Of a stretch of 64,000 nucleotides of DNA, positions 13,333-25,849 are shown piece after piece; the first letter of the stretch is position 1; each line of letters starts with the position of its first letter. The notes beneath the pieces were generated by a model. That model ran no database searches and was not told the origin of the DNA. It saw only the letters and a program-made list of their open reading frames with translations. Made by a program: the position numbers and the translations under genes. Source of the stretch: Octopus sinensis (Eukaryota); the NCBI RefSeq assembly GCF_006345805.1, contig NC_042997.1:113460001-113524000 (forward strand), given 5' to 3'.

Positions 13333-13333
<1 letters not shown>
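12786..13333 (-). mobile_element. 3' fragment of a non-LTR retrotransposon with a restriction-like endonuclease (R4/Dong-like)
   Basis: ORF 12859-13335 has KWYEHKPE...KKPDIVLIEK...ITDIACPAD...KVDKY..LAWEVKQLW...VVPIIIRALGTV, the PD..D..K REL signature. A short 3' UTR follows, and (TAA)n flanks both sides. Confidence 0.85.
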
Positions 13334-13372
<39 letters not shown>

Positions 13373-13817
13373 TATGGTTTCCTTTCATTATAACGTAGTA
13401 TGTGGGTTGTACTCAAGGTTATCATTTGCAGTTCACAGAAATTGGAGTTACCAGGGAATTACTTATTATACTTCTCAGCTCCCTTCTTTATCATTCCCAA
13501 CACACCAGTTATTACTGGTATCATCATAGTCCTAAGCTTCCCCATATTTGTGATTTCAATTTGCAGATCTTTATAGTGAGAAAGCTTTTCATATTCTTTT
13601 CTTGAGACATTTTGATCTTGTGGGACAAATATATCAATTAACAGACAAGTTCCTCTATTGTAGTCTTTGATCACAATGTCCGGTCGATTGGAGTCAATTT
13701 TTCTGTCTGTTTGTATTGGGAAGTTCCAAGGGATGGTGACACCCTCAACATTTATTACAACCTCTGGATGATGCCTGTACCACTTATCATGGGATTTAAT
13801 TTTGTAGTATTTGCAAG
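13373..13817 (-). mobile_element. Second R4/Dong-like REL LINE 3' fragment
   Basis: CKYYKIKSHDKWYRHHPE...IQTDRKIDSNRPDIVIKD...LLIDIFVPQD..VSRKEYEKLSHYKDLQIEI...IPVITGVLG, bounded by TAA and GAT repeats. Confidence 0.85.
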
Positions 13818-13834
13818 CATCATCATCATCATCA

Positions 13835-13869
<35 letters not shown>

Positions 13870-14424
13870 GAGTGAGACAGCAGTGCACGCCATCAAAGTG
13901 ACACTGGGGTAAAATATACGAAGCCCAGTATACCCATCATGACTACTCGTCTGATAAGGGTACACCAGGCACATGCATCACAACCATATGTGTGCGACAT
14001 AGTGATCTCATATCAAGATAAACAGCACATGACCTTGCAGGTGGGGCCCAGTTAGAATTTTCTTCAGGTTGAGTAGCCCACCTCACTCAAAAGGTCCCTG
14101 AATAAGGTTTGTTAAAGGATATTGATAATTCAACCATTTTTCCAAAGGTGAATTATTCAAACCCCAAAGAATCCCTCTCAACACATGGTTATGATGCTCC
14201 CCCACTACTTCTGCTCGTGATCAGAGATGCACATATCGTCAGCCACTAAGGGACATGCTCAACTGGTTAAAATCAAACAACTGACAAGCAAATCTGTGGT
14301 ATTGAGCAGAATATTTGCTGTAGCCCATCTTTTATACAAAGACAAAACAATGTACATGATAGCATTTCCAGTTAATTAAGATCAGAGGCCATGAAGATCA
14401 CTGTCTGATATTGCATCAGGGCAT
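13870..14424 (-). mobile_element. TAA-tailed, apparently non-coding retroposon (~555 bp)
   Basis: TAA-type repeats on both sides, 3' end shared with 10039-10173, and no long ORF on the minus strand. Confidence 0.65.
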
Positions 14425-14767
14425 TTATTATCATCATCATTGTCATCATCAATATTATTATTATTATTGTTGTTGTTGTAGTTGTTATTATTGTTATTAT
14501 TATTATTGTTATTATTATTATTGTGTTGTTGTTGTTGTTGTTGTTAAGATGGTGAGCAAGCAGAATCATTAGCATGCCAGGCAAAATGCTTAATGGCATT
14601 TCATCTGTCCTTCATTCTGCATTTAAGTTCTGCCAAGATTGACTTTGCCTTTCATCCTTTCAGTGGGGTCAATGAAATAAGTACCACTTAAAGACTACGG
14701 GGGATGGGGGTGTAATCAACTAGCCCACTCACCCAAAATTTCAGGCCTTGTGCTTATAGTAGAAAGG

Positions 14768-14805
<38 letters not shown>

Positions 14806-15463
14806 GATTATTATCATCATTCACTTTTCACTCTCTCTGCTTTCTGCAGTGTCAGTCTTCTCCATCTTAACTCATCTCATTAATCACCCACTCAATATTT
14901 GTTCTTTATTATATCCACCCCACCTCCTCCATCACCCATTTACTATCTCTAACCATCTCTTACTCTTCCATACACCCTTACAACCTCTATGCACACACAC
15001 ACACACACACATGTATCTTGTTCTTCTGTCCTCACTCTGATCTACTCTCCTTGTGCTCTCAGGGTCCACCCTGATACCTTGTCTTCTCTATTTTTATCTC
15101 TTTTCAGCTCCACTTGATTATTCTCATCTTCTCTTCAATAATGTGAGTAGCCATGTAGATTCTTTACAACAAGAAACCTGTTCCAGCCTCTTCTCTCATA
15201 CTTTTAACCCTTTATATTCTGCCATAGAGTTGCCTCCCTCTATACTACAGCCCTAATCAGTTGAAAGGGATTTTCATCATATGAACTGCATAGCAACCTC
15301 ACTAGTGCTGGTGCCATGAAAAAAAAAGGCACCCAGTAAACCCTGTAAAGTGGCTGGCCTTAAGAAGGGCATTCAGTCATAGGGACCCTGCCAAATCAGA
15401 CATTGAGGCATGATGCAGGCTTTGGACCTTTCTGATACTGTCAAACCATTCAACCCATGCCAA

Positions 15464-15685
15464 CCCTTTAGAATTCACATTATTCTGTCAAATATAGGGC
15501 TTATTTATTCACATTGTTTTAATTAATCAAGCATTATCTTCCAGCTTTTGGATTATGATGATGTGATTGTTCATTCTTTTTAGAATGACATTGTAAGGTA
15601 GGTGTGAGAGGCTGGATTTGACCAGTTTCAACCTAAAACAGGTAGAATATTTTGACCAGACACAGCTAGTTTAAATGCTAAAGAG
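15464..15685. mobile_element. piggyBac-like MITE (family 2) inserted in a SINE C tail
   Basis: Ends CCCTTTAGAATTC and TAAATGCTAAAGAG with degenerate TTAA flanks. Related copies at 1-90, 17126-17549 (split by a SINE C), 32040-32257 and ~38720-38850. Confidence 0.6.
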
Positions 15686-16584
15686 CTAAACGCTGATGAT
15701 GATGATGATGACAGTGATGATGACAACGATAATGATGACAATGATGTTGACGATGATGATGATTATTGTGTCTGCATTGTCTTAACAGCCACACTGAAAT
15801 TACTCATACAGACTACTGCACTGTATATAGAGCCAATCCTAAGTTTATCATTCATGATGAATAATCTAAACACAAATGAATAAATAAATAAATCTCTAAC
15901 CATTAGTCTATTATAAGGACATGATAGGCTATGACTAATAATACAGCGGGTGATATGTAGTTTATATTAAAACGATGTGATTTTTCTTATCTGTTTATGA
16001 CCCGTTATTGATTTGGATTTTATGTCTCCACCTTCAAATACGTTGGGAAAATTTTATTTCTAAACTTTTTGTTCTTCATTTTCGGTTAATATAATCACAC
16101 TGCACCACGAACCATTGGTGGTTTTCTTTTTTTTTTTTTCATTTTTTTTGTTGCTGTTTTTATATTTTCTTCTATTATTCTCAATGCAGAAATGTTATTA
16201 TTTTTTTATAAGTTTCCTCTTTATCGCTCTTTTTGAAGTAAATGTTGTGCAAAACCTGTTATTACTCGGTTTTAAAATGCTTGCCAAAAAATGGAGATGT
16301 GGGGAGAGAGGCACGATATTTTAGGATGTAAAGGAAATTGTTCGTAGGTTTGTGCACTTAATATTTTATTTTATAGATTAACGTTTTATGAAGAATTTTA
16401 GGGGGAACATATTTTAGGGACTGTTGTTTTGTTATAGTTATTTCATCCTTGGAACTTAAATCTGGGGGTTACTTACCATATTTGATGGCATATAAGATGC
16501 ACTTTTTTTGTCAGGAATAATTGTATCAAAAATTCACCCTGGGTCTTGTTTGTGAAGTTGGGCCTATATTATAGAAGTCTTAAA

Positions 16585-16815
16585 GGTGGCGAGCTGGCAG
16601 AAACGTTAGCACGCCGGGCGAAATGCTTAACGGTATTTTGTTTGTCTTTACATTCTGAGTTCAAATGCTACTGAGGTCGACTTTGCCTTTCATCCTTTCG
16701 GGGTCAATAAATTAAGTACCAGTTACATACTGGGGTTGATGTAATCGACTTAATCCCTTTGTCTGTCCTTGTTTGTCTCCTCTATGTTTAGTCCCTTGTG
16801 GGCAATAGAGAAATA
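16585..16815 (+). mobile_element. SINE family A, full length
   Basis: Runs from ggtggcgagctggcagaaacgttagcacgccgggcgaaatgc through gagttcaaat to cttgtgggcaatagagaaata. Confidence 0.85.
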
Positions 16816-17125
16816 GGAAACTTAAAGAAGCCTGTTGTGTTTGTGTGTTGTATGTGTCTGTGTACTTTGTCTTGATATGTGATGGCTGTTATGGAGCATT
16901 GCCATCATGTGAGTGAAGTTGTTTGTTTCCAGTTTTCCATGAAAGTCATGTTTGGCTATAGGAAATATTACCTTGCTTGGAAACAGATAAGGGTTGGTGA
17001 CAGGAAGGGCATCCTGCCACAGCAGATCTGTCTCAGCTAATTCTGTCTGACACTCTGCTGTTTTAGATGAGGAGTTAATCTTGATCTAAGCTGTAAAGTT
17101 TAAATCTGAACCCTGCTAGCTTCAA

Positions 17126-17549
17126 CCCTTAAGCATTGAGGTTACTCTGTCAAATGTAATGCCTATTGATTTACACTGTTTTCAGTTAATCACAAACTAT
17201 CTTGTAGCTTCAAGATTCCAATGTCATCGTCATCATCATCATCACTTAACATCTGTTGTCCATGCTGGCATAGGTTGCATGGTTTGGCCAGAACTGGCAA
17301 GCTGTGGAGCTGCACCAGACTCCAGTCTGATTTAGCAAGATTTTTACAGCTGAATACCCTTCCTAATGCCAACCACTCTGAGAGTGTGTTGAGTGCTTCT
17401 TCATGGCACTGCATGGGTACTTTTAAGTGGTTCCACACAGGTGCTTTTACGTAGCACTGCATAAGGTGTGAGAGGCTGAATCTGGCCAGTTTGAAAACAT
17501 AACAGGTAGAATATTTGGGGTGCATATGGCCGTTTTGAATGCTAAATGA
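17126..17549. mobile_element. MITE family 2 interrupted by SINE C (17223-17460, minus)
   Basis: Left end cccttaagcattg and right end gaatgctaaatga-ttaa. The two halves join into the 15464-15685 sequence. Confidence 0.6.
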
Positions 17550-17864
17550 TTAAATCCAGTTTTCATTCATTTTGCATGAAGAACAGGGTGTATCATCTTG
17601 GAATATTTAACACCCATGTTCCAATTCTGACCTGGGTCAGACAGTCTGACATGATCTGAAGAATCAGAAGTCAGCATTGTGTTTTCCAATGTCTACTTTG
17701 GCACAATTTCTACAGCAGGATGGTGCCTTATGTCTTGTCTCTGTGAGAGGGAATAAACTTATGAAAAGTTGTGGGTCTTAACCTTGGCTGCTGCGGCAAT
17801 GACAGAGATAAGATATACTCATCCCTTACCTTATCCCTTCAGTTTGTAGTGTGGTATCTTTGTA

Positions 17865-18095
17865 GGCGGCGAGCTGGCAGAAATGTTAGCATGCCGGGCA
17901 AAATGTGTAGCTGTATTTCATCTGCCGTTATGTTCTGAGTTCAAATTCCACCGAGGTCGACTTTGCCTTTCATCCTTTCGGTGTTGATAGATTAAGTACC
18001 AGTTACGCACTGGGGTCGATATAATCGACTTAATCCGTTTGTCTGTCCTTGTTTGTCCTCTCTGTGTTTAGCCCCTTGTGGGTAATAAAGAAATA
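17865..18095 (+). mobile_element. SINE family A, full length
   Basis: Canonical head and tail, flanked by the near-duplication ggtatctt(t)gt. Confidence 0.85.
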
Positions 18096-18199
18096 GGTAT
18101 CTTGTCAGCTGCCCCCTCTAGAGAATGACTGAAAGGCATCAACTGAAGCTGTTGTTGCCTGGCTGAAGGAATGTGAGTACATTGTGAAGGAGAGGGTCC

Positions 18200-18728
18200 T
18201 GCTCTCAATTGGTTTTGCTGATGAGGGTTCCAGGCGATGCATTCAGTGGAACAGCTTGCTCCTGAAATTAACATGCAAGTGGCTGAGAGCTCCACAGACA
18301 CACATCGTCGTCATCATTTAACGTCCACTTTCCATGCTAGCATGGGTTGGACGATTTGACTGAGGTCTAGCAGAGTTTCTACAGCTGGATGCCCTTCCTA
18401 ACGCCAACCACTCCAAGAGTGTAGTGGGTGCTTTTACGTGTCACTGGCACGAGGGCCAGTTTGGTGGTACTGGCAACAGCCACGCCCAAATGGTGCTTTT
18501 TATGTGCCACCTGCACAGGAGCCAATCCAGCAGCAATAACATAATTCTGTGAGAAATTCAGCAGGATACAGAGTGACATGGCTGTCCCCCTTTGAATTAC
18601 AGGTACAAATCACTTTTGTCAGCTGTGTGGATTGGAGCAATGAGAAATAAAGTGTCTTGCTCAAGGGCAGAACACGACTCCAGGAAGCAAACTCATGATC
18701 TTGAGCTGAATACTCTGGCCACTAAGAC
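18200..18728 (-). mobile_element. SINE D interrupted by SINE C (18303-18535)
   Basis: The family D sequence stops at ctccacagacaca and resumes at ttctgtgagaaattcagc. Confidence 0.7.
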
Positions 18729-19261
18729 GTAAACTGGCTCAAGGGAGGGGTGTCGACTGTCCCAATTAGAGAAAAGGATGAGGTAGGGGTGAGTTGTGTG
18801 AAATGATGTAACTTGGGATTGAACCAGAATAGCAAACATGACTTGTTAGCAGATGACCTTTATTGAGTGTTGGTACTAAGAAGAGGATTAAGAGATAAAT
18901 AGTTTTAATATAGAATTGACAAGATATAGATTAATAGAGAGATAAAAAAAAGAGAGGAGAGAGATGATCTCTTTCCTGCAACACCTCTTGTATTTAGCAA
19001 CAGAACAAAAATTGCTTTTATTATTAACAAATATAAACGAATAAATCTCAAAGAATGGTATGATTCCTGTTCTCAGAGACAAGCATTGTCATAATTCTAT
19101 AGAAATATTATTCTACATTCAAAATTATTGAATCTTTCTGTCCCTACAACTGATGACATTATTAAAGATTTAAAATGAATGACTAAATACATTTTCTTTA
19201 TTTCCCATTCCCCCATTCTCTGTCTTTTTCTATTTATCTGTTTCTCTATCTAGTTGTTTGT

Positions 19262-19374
19262 TTCTATCTATCTATCTATCTATCTGTCTATCTCTATCCA
19301 CCCACCCACCCACCCACCACCCACCCACCCACCCATCCATCCATCCATCCATCCATCCATCTATCCATCTATCC

Positions 19375-19405
<31 letters not shown>

Positions 19406-19600
19406 CACCTACATGATTGCCTATCTATCTACCTGTTTACCTATCTGTCTACCTATTTATCTACCTATCTGTCTGTCTATCTCTGTCTAGTTTTCTAGCT
19501 TTATCTGTCTTGCTTTTTATCTATATATCAAGCCATCTCTCTATCCGTCTTTCTATCATTCCATCCATCTATCCATCTCTCTATATGTCTCTCTGTCTAC
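19262..19600. repeat. Compound tetranucleotide microsatellite (TCTA/CCAC/CCAT/CCTA)n
   Basis: Directly visible. Confidence 0.95.
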
Positions 19601-20187
19601 CTGTCAATCTCTCACTTCTCTCTCTCTCTCCCTCTCCCCCCCTCTCATGCATGCATTTTTTTCTCAATAAAAGAATCCATTAAGTTCTTTTAAATTCTGT
19701 GAAGAACTGTAGAAACACTTTGATTTAAGAAACATTTGCACATTTTAATTTTCTCTTTTAAATTATTCTGCATAGTTAGTTCCATCAAATTGAAACGGTT
19801 TCACTTTATTTATTCATTTATTTCTTCTCATTCTTATAATTTACTTGCCAAGGTTCTATTTTTTTCTCCTTGTTTTGCTTTTTATTTATACACCTATAAA
19901 TATTACAATATTTTACAATTTACCAAGTGAAAAATGATAATAATGATAATTATGATAAAACCCCAGTAAAAACTAAAAAAAAAAAAAACTCGATCAATTA
20001 AAACAAGTCTGTGAAGACGCAGCACAGAATGAAAAAAAATCCAGTCTTTTAGTCTTGTCTTTTTTTATTGGTCTTCATTGATTGTGCCTCCGTGTTGCAC
20101 AAGAAAATGTGTGACCGAAAAACATGTTGACAGTTGTTGCAACTGGTGCATTCCTTGCATTGGCAGGCAGGAGTCGAGCACAAAACT

Positions 20188-20201
20188 GTTACCATGGAAA
20201 C
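20188..20201. promoter_or_regulatory. Candidate RFX X-box
   Basis: GTTACCATGGAAAC fits the near-palindromic X-box consensus GTTNCC-AT-GGNAAC and lies in a non-repetitive island (~19990-20450). Confidence 0.4.
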
Positions 20202-20730
20202 CACTCATCTGTAAATATTCCACAACGCAACCACAAGACTAGACGCATTAGATGTGGCAGATATTCCGAACTCTTGCATTCAATTCCAACTGTTCCAAGA
20301 TGACAGTAAACTAATATGTTATTAACAGAATGGCGAGAAATTAAATTAGAGGAATATAGCTTCGGAATAAAAAAACCCCCAAAAACATGGAATATTGTGG
20401 AATGGGCATGTGTGTGATGGGGGGTGCTATAGGATTATGGAGGAAATATAATCACACATAGTTTGTGTACCTGCATATCACGTGTGTGTGTAAGTATATG
20501 AAATGTGTGTGTGCGTGCACACGCGCACACACACATATATATGAGATCACGTCTATCCATCCATACACACATTTGTATATATATATATATACACACACAT
20601 AGATACATATGTACTCATGCATTATATATATATTTAAGTGCTTGCTTATTCACATACGTTTGCACAAACATACATGCACACACCTCTGCGTAGTCGTGTG
20701 TGTGTGTGTGTGCGTGTGTGTATATACATG

Positions 20731-20768
<38 letters not shown>

Positions 20769-21117
20769 GGCACGCATTTCTATAAATACACACAGGCTGC
20801 TATTATAAATTTGCATGAACTACAAGCATGCACGTGTGTTCGTTTGCTCACGTACACACAGTTGCATGCATCTTATGACACGCATTCCTGAAAGCATGCA
20901 ACACAGAGAAATCAATATCTGTTCTATTTTAACAGACCCTAAACAAAATGCAAGTCTTCAGATCGACTGCACATAACAGCTTGCATACAGTGAGGCTCTG
21001 TACATTGATTTGCTAAGGCATTGCCGCCTTCGCTATGGGTTGCTCTGTAGGTTCCCTTTATCGCAGTTGAGAAAGCCTGTACGTGACTCTTCTCTCTGCT
21101 AGAAATAGCAGCCAAAT

Positions 21118-21331
21118 GGCAGCAAGCTGGCAGAATCATTAGTGCACCGGGTGAAATGCTTAGCGGCATTTCGCCTGCCGCTACGTTCTGAGTTCAACTT
21201 TGCCTTTCATCTTTCGGGGTCGATTAAATAAGTACCAGTTACGCTCTGGGGTCGATGTAATCGACTTAATCCGTTTGTCTGTCCTTGTTTGTCCTCTCTG
21301 TGTGTAGCCCCTTGTGGGCAGTAAAGAAATA
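21118..21331 (+). mobile_element. SINE family A with a perfect 17-bp TSD
   Basis: agaaatagcagccaaat occurs at 21101-21117 and 21332-21348. Confidence 0.9.
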
Positions 21332-22349
21332 AGAAATAGCAGCCAAATATCCCTGGCATCTTTAAACATGTAAAGTTATATAACTTATATAATATGGTAG
21401 CCTGTTCTTGATATTTCTAAAATAGATGAGTTGGTCATGTTTGGAGTGCCCTGGATCATAGATTTGATTGGCGGAGGCTGACTTGTGGGTGGAACAAAAA
21501 TAGCTGATATGGTAGATAGCTATAGATGTAAGTTTGGTTGTACAGGTAGGAAGTTTGTGAAAGCAAACTTCTTACCTACAGCGGTTCCACTGCACAGCAC
21601 CATGGACAAGAGTCTTTTATTGTGGCACCAGACTGACCAAAGGTTTGGGAGTAAATTCAGTTGGCACAAATTGAAAGGTAACCCATAGTGTGCATGCATG
21701 TGTGCATGCATGTGTGCATGCATGCATGTGTGTTTGTGCATGTGTGTGTGTGTGTACTATATATATAAATATATGGATATCTTATAATGTATACATGTGT
21801 ATGTGTGTGTGTATATCATCATTGTCGTCATTTAAAGTCTGCCTTCTATGCTAGCATGGGTGGGATGATTTCACAAGGGTTGGCCAGGCAGAAGCCTGCA
21901 CCAGATTTCTATGACTGTTTTGGCATAATGCTTCACTGGTGTTAGAACTTGATGATACGTATGTCTCAGAGGCATATATAAAAGAATAAGAGAATATTAG
22001 AGGTGACTCCAGGTCATCAGCGTCACTCGGGCTCATCACAGATTTTGCATAAGACATATGCCTGCTTGAAGAATTTCACATTTTCCTGCTTTATTTCTAA
22101 CCCCAAATGGCTTATTATTTTTTTTATATCGAGCACTATATCTTTCTCCATTTCTAAGTTAAGGATAAAAATAAAGCAACCCTATAAAACACAACTGATC
22201 TTTACACACAGACACAGAATAACTGCAATCAAATAACACCTGTGGAGTGCCCAACAAACATCAGCACTCTGATTGTCACCTGTACTCTTGACAAAAGATG
22301 CTAGTTTATTCTTTTACACCTACCTTATTTGTTCGTATTAGCCCGAGTT

Positions 22350-22777
22350 GCTAATTTTAAATATAACAAAGAATTTAGTAAAATAACTTAGTTATCATTA
22401 AGCTAGTGTTAGGAACATAAATTGTGACTAAGGTTTGGTGGAAGATTTTAATTCAAAATGTATGAAAACAAGACATTTGTACTACAGAGCCAGAGGCAGT
22501 TTCAAGCAGGTTGGTATCAAAAGGGTTAAGAATTGTTACTCTATTAAATATTTTAACCCTTTTGTTACCATATTTCTGTTGAGATGCTCTGGGTTTCTTT
22601 CAATTACTTTCAGTATAACAAAGAATTTAGTAAAATAACTTAGTTATCATTAAGCTAGTGTTGGGAACATATATTGCGACTAAAGTTTGGAAGATTTTAA
22701 TTCAGAACTTGTGTAAACAAGACATTTGTACTCAGAGCCAAAGCTGGTTTCACCTGGGTTGGTAACAAAAGGGTTAA
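22350..22777. mobile_element. piggyBac-like MITE family 1: partial copy, spacer, then full copy (22557-22773)
   Basis: TTAA|CCCTTTTGTTACCA...TGGTAACAAAAGGG|TTAA gives a perfect 14-bp TIR and a TTAA TSD. Confidence 0.85.
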
Positions 22778-22779
22778 TG

Positions 22780-23245
22780 AGATTTTCTTATTCAAGCAGA
22801 TAAGAAGCTAGAAAACAATAGACAAGGAAAAGTGAAGCTGCTTACTAATTGATCCATCACGTCCATTTGATTCTAGGATTGTAAAGAAAGAGGATTAAAA
22901 TCAAGCAAAAAAAAAATACAATCCCTTAAAATTTGAAATTGGAATATTAAAACTGTAAAGGTTGTTGTGCCTGTAATAACTGGTGTGTTAGGAACTGTTG
23001 GTAATGATATGGAGGATTGGTGGAAGGAGATTGGAGTAGAATGCCCTGAAGATTTTCTACAGAAAGTTTACCTCTTGGGGACAGGAAAGATTATCAAGAG
23101 GGTTTTAAGCACTTGGAAGATTATTGAAAGCTTGTGGATCCCTAAGGTTGCAGGGAGTAACCCACTACCCACAGAAATTCTACCAGGAATAAGAACAAAC
23201 CCAAATCAAATTTTCAATAATAATAATAATAATAATAATAATAAT
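22780..23245 (+). mobile_element. Decayed R4/Dong-like REL LINE 3' fragment with a TAA tail
   Basis: Frameshifted pieces DFLIQADKKLENNR, CLLIDPSRPFDSRIVKKE, KYNPLKFEI and VPVITGVLGTV...FLQKVYLLGTGKIIKRVLS. It ends in (AAT)n at 23217-23245. Confidence 0.75.
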
Positions 23246-25849
23246 TATGGTGATGAGGAGGGGGAGGAGGAGATAAAAACAAAACAAAAATGTCTAAAAG
23301 TGACAGTAGGAATAGAATTAGCCTAGATTAAAGAGGATTAACCTAGATTAATTATGTGTTAGTTAATTCAAATAGATTGTATTCACATGCATCCATTTAA
23401 TATGTGTACTTATAAGGCAAGACATCATGTGCAGGCATGGCTGTATGGTAAGAAGTTTGCTTCCCAACCTGTGTGGTTTTGGGTTCAGTTCCCACTGTGT
23501 AGCACGTTGGGCAAATATTGTCTACTACAGCCTCAGGTTAACCAAAGCCTTCTCAGTGGATCTGATAGATGGAAACTGATAGAAGCCCAATTTGCGTGTG
23601 TGTGTGTATATATTATCCGAAATGTATAGTATTAAATATCCATCACGGCTGATCTTACCAATTGGTTTTGTGTAAAGAATACAATGGAGTGTTAGGTAAC
23701 AATCCGATTATATAACTTTATGCTCATCAGAGTTAGCCAATACAGAAGGGAATATCGTGACTGCTCTCTATTGTTGGAGGTGGATTAGCACAACTGGTCA
23801 GTGACTGAGAGATTTGCAAAAGTGTTGTACAAACTTTTGTCCCTTAAATCCTGTGATGTACAAATGTCTCACTACCATTTCGTTTCTTGATCAGCTTCCT
23901 ATTTTATAAAACCCTATGGTGTTTGATGCATGGTGGAGCTGGCCTGAAAAATTATATCTGTGTGCACACAAGGCTGGAAGTAAATTAGATTGGGGGTGAA
24001 TATGATACGGGTATCATCTGACAAAATGAGGCAATCATCACATGTATTCTATACATGTGTGTGTGTGTATGATGTATTCATATGTGTCCATGTGCAAGTC
24101 TACATTTATATGTACATGTGTGTATATATTTGTATATGTGCATGTGTGGGTGTATAAGTATGGATATGAATATGTGCATACATGTGTGTGTGTGTCAGTG
24201 TGTCTTTGGCTTGACATTGTTTGATAATCGAAACGAGCATCTCTGTCATAAACCTTCGTTTCCAGTCTTCCGGAAAAACATGTCTGGCCATGAGGAAATA
24301 TCAGCTTATTTGGAATCATGTGAGGATTGGTGACAGGAAGGGCATCCAGCCATAGAAAATTCTACCTCAACAAATTCCATCCACCCCATGCTAGCATGGA
24401 AAAACAAATTTTACACGATGATGATGTGTTTATATTACAGTTTCTGATTATCAAATTCACTCACACTACATAAGTCAGCTCTGTCGTAAGAAACACTTTG
24501 CCAAGGCATGCCACATAATGGGACTGGACTCAAAACCATTTGGTTCCAACACGAACCTCTTAACCACATGATCATGCCTGCACTTATATGATATACTCCT
24601 AAGCATCATTTCAGGTTAAAACCTCTTGATGGCCAGTGAATAAAACATATCTTGTTGTGAGAGGGTCATTGTGCCAATAATAATAAACACACACACTGGT
24701 TCAGTATCACTTCTTTATTGTTGAGACTCAGAGCAGACCTCAAAGAGAGAGGGGAATTCACTTAAAAGGTTGCGAAAAGCAATGAAAAGACTTTGACTAA
24801 CAACCAACCAATTGATCATTTAATCAACACATTAAACAAGTGATTGATTAGTTAGTTGTTTATATATTTAACCAATTGGCTAACAATAAAGAAGTGATAT
24901 TGAACCAGTGCATGTGTCTATTATTATTGTTGGCATAACAACCCTCCCAGGACAAGATTTATTTCAACATAGGAATTTGTGGCAAGTATCTTGCAAAGCA
25001 AATACAAGAATGAAGTAGAATAAAATGTAGTTTTACATCAAAGCCATGTAGTCATCAAGTATTCTTGTGAGTAAGTTTTGTTCCCATTTCTCATTTACAT
25101 CAATCACGTTTTATCTCATTTTAACAAAATTCTAAAGCCACTGGTAGTGCCATAAATTCCATCTCTTCCACAATCTAGTTTCAGTTTCCACCCCTCTTTT
25201 TTTGTTTCTGCCATATTACTCTGTCCAGCATCTGTTTTTTTAACTTTAGAGGGTAGTATTCACGTGGTTGGAATAGATATAGTCAGCGAGCTATTATGTT
25301 TCCACTACAAACTCTGGACTTTGAAATGTTTCAACCAGAGACAATGGAATTTAGTTACATATACTTGTCCATAAGTAGCTGTTGACTTGAAAATATTATT
25401 TTTGTTTGATATGCGGCTCTTTTGTATTCACAATAACAATTACTGTCACTTGATTTATTGTCAGACATCAGATTCCGGTGAGCTCTGACAGCTACATGTG
25501 AATCTTATCTCCTAAATCAGGCAATACACCAAACCTGTTGTTGAGATGGAATTAAATTTAATTATAATTGGATAAGAGTAAATCATCTCGTTATCATCCT
25601 CGTTGTTTTAGCATTCATTTTTCCTTGCTTGCATGGGTCAGAAGAAATTTGTTGAGACAGATTTTTCTGCAGCCTGATGTCTTTCCTGTCCCCAACGATC
25701 CTCACTTGTTTCTAAGCAGGGTAATAATTCCCTTGGTCCTTTGAATATAAATAGCTTAATGACTGGACATGTTTTCATGGTAGATTGCAAACAAATGTCA
25801 CCACTTGTATGGTAGGGATGTTCATGAGTAATATCAAGGGGGGGGGGTG

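Noticed and set aside
18216-18270. CUGAUGA followed later by GAAA
   Set aside because: It is the antisense of the SINE D tail, other copies lack CUGAUGA at this position, and no hammerhead stems form.
25250-25385. Short open frames after ttttaactttag
   Set aside because: No clear donor site and no recognisable protein similarity.
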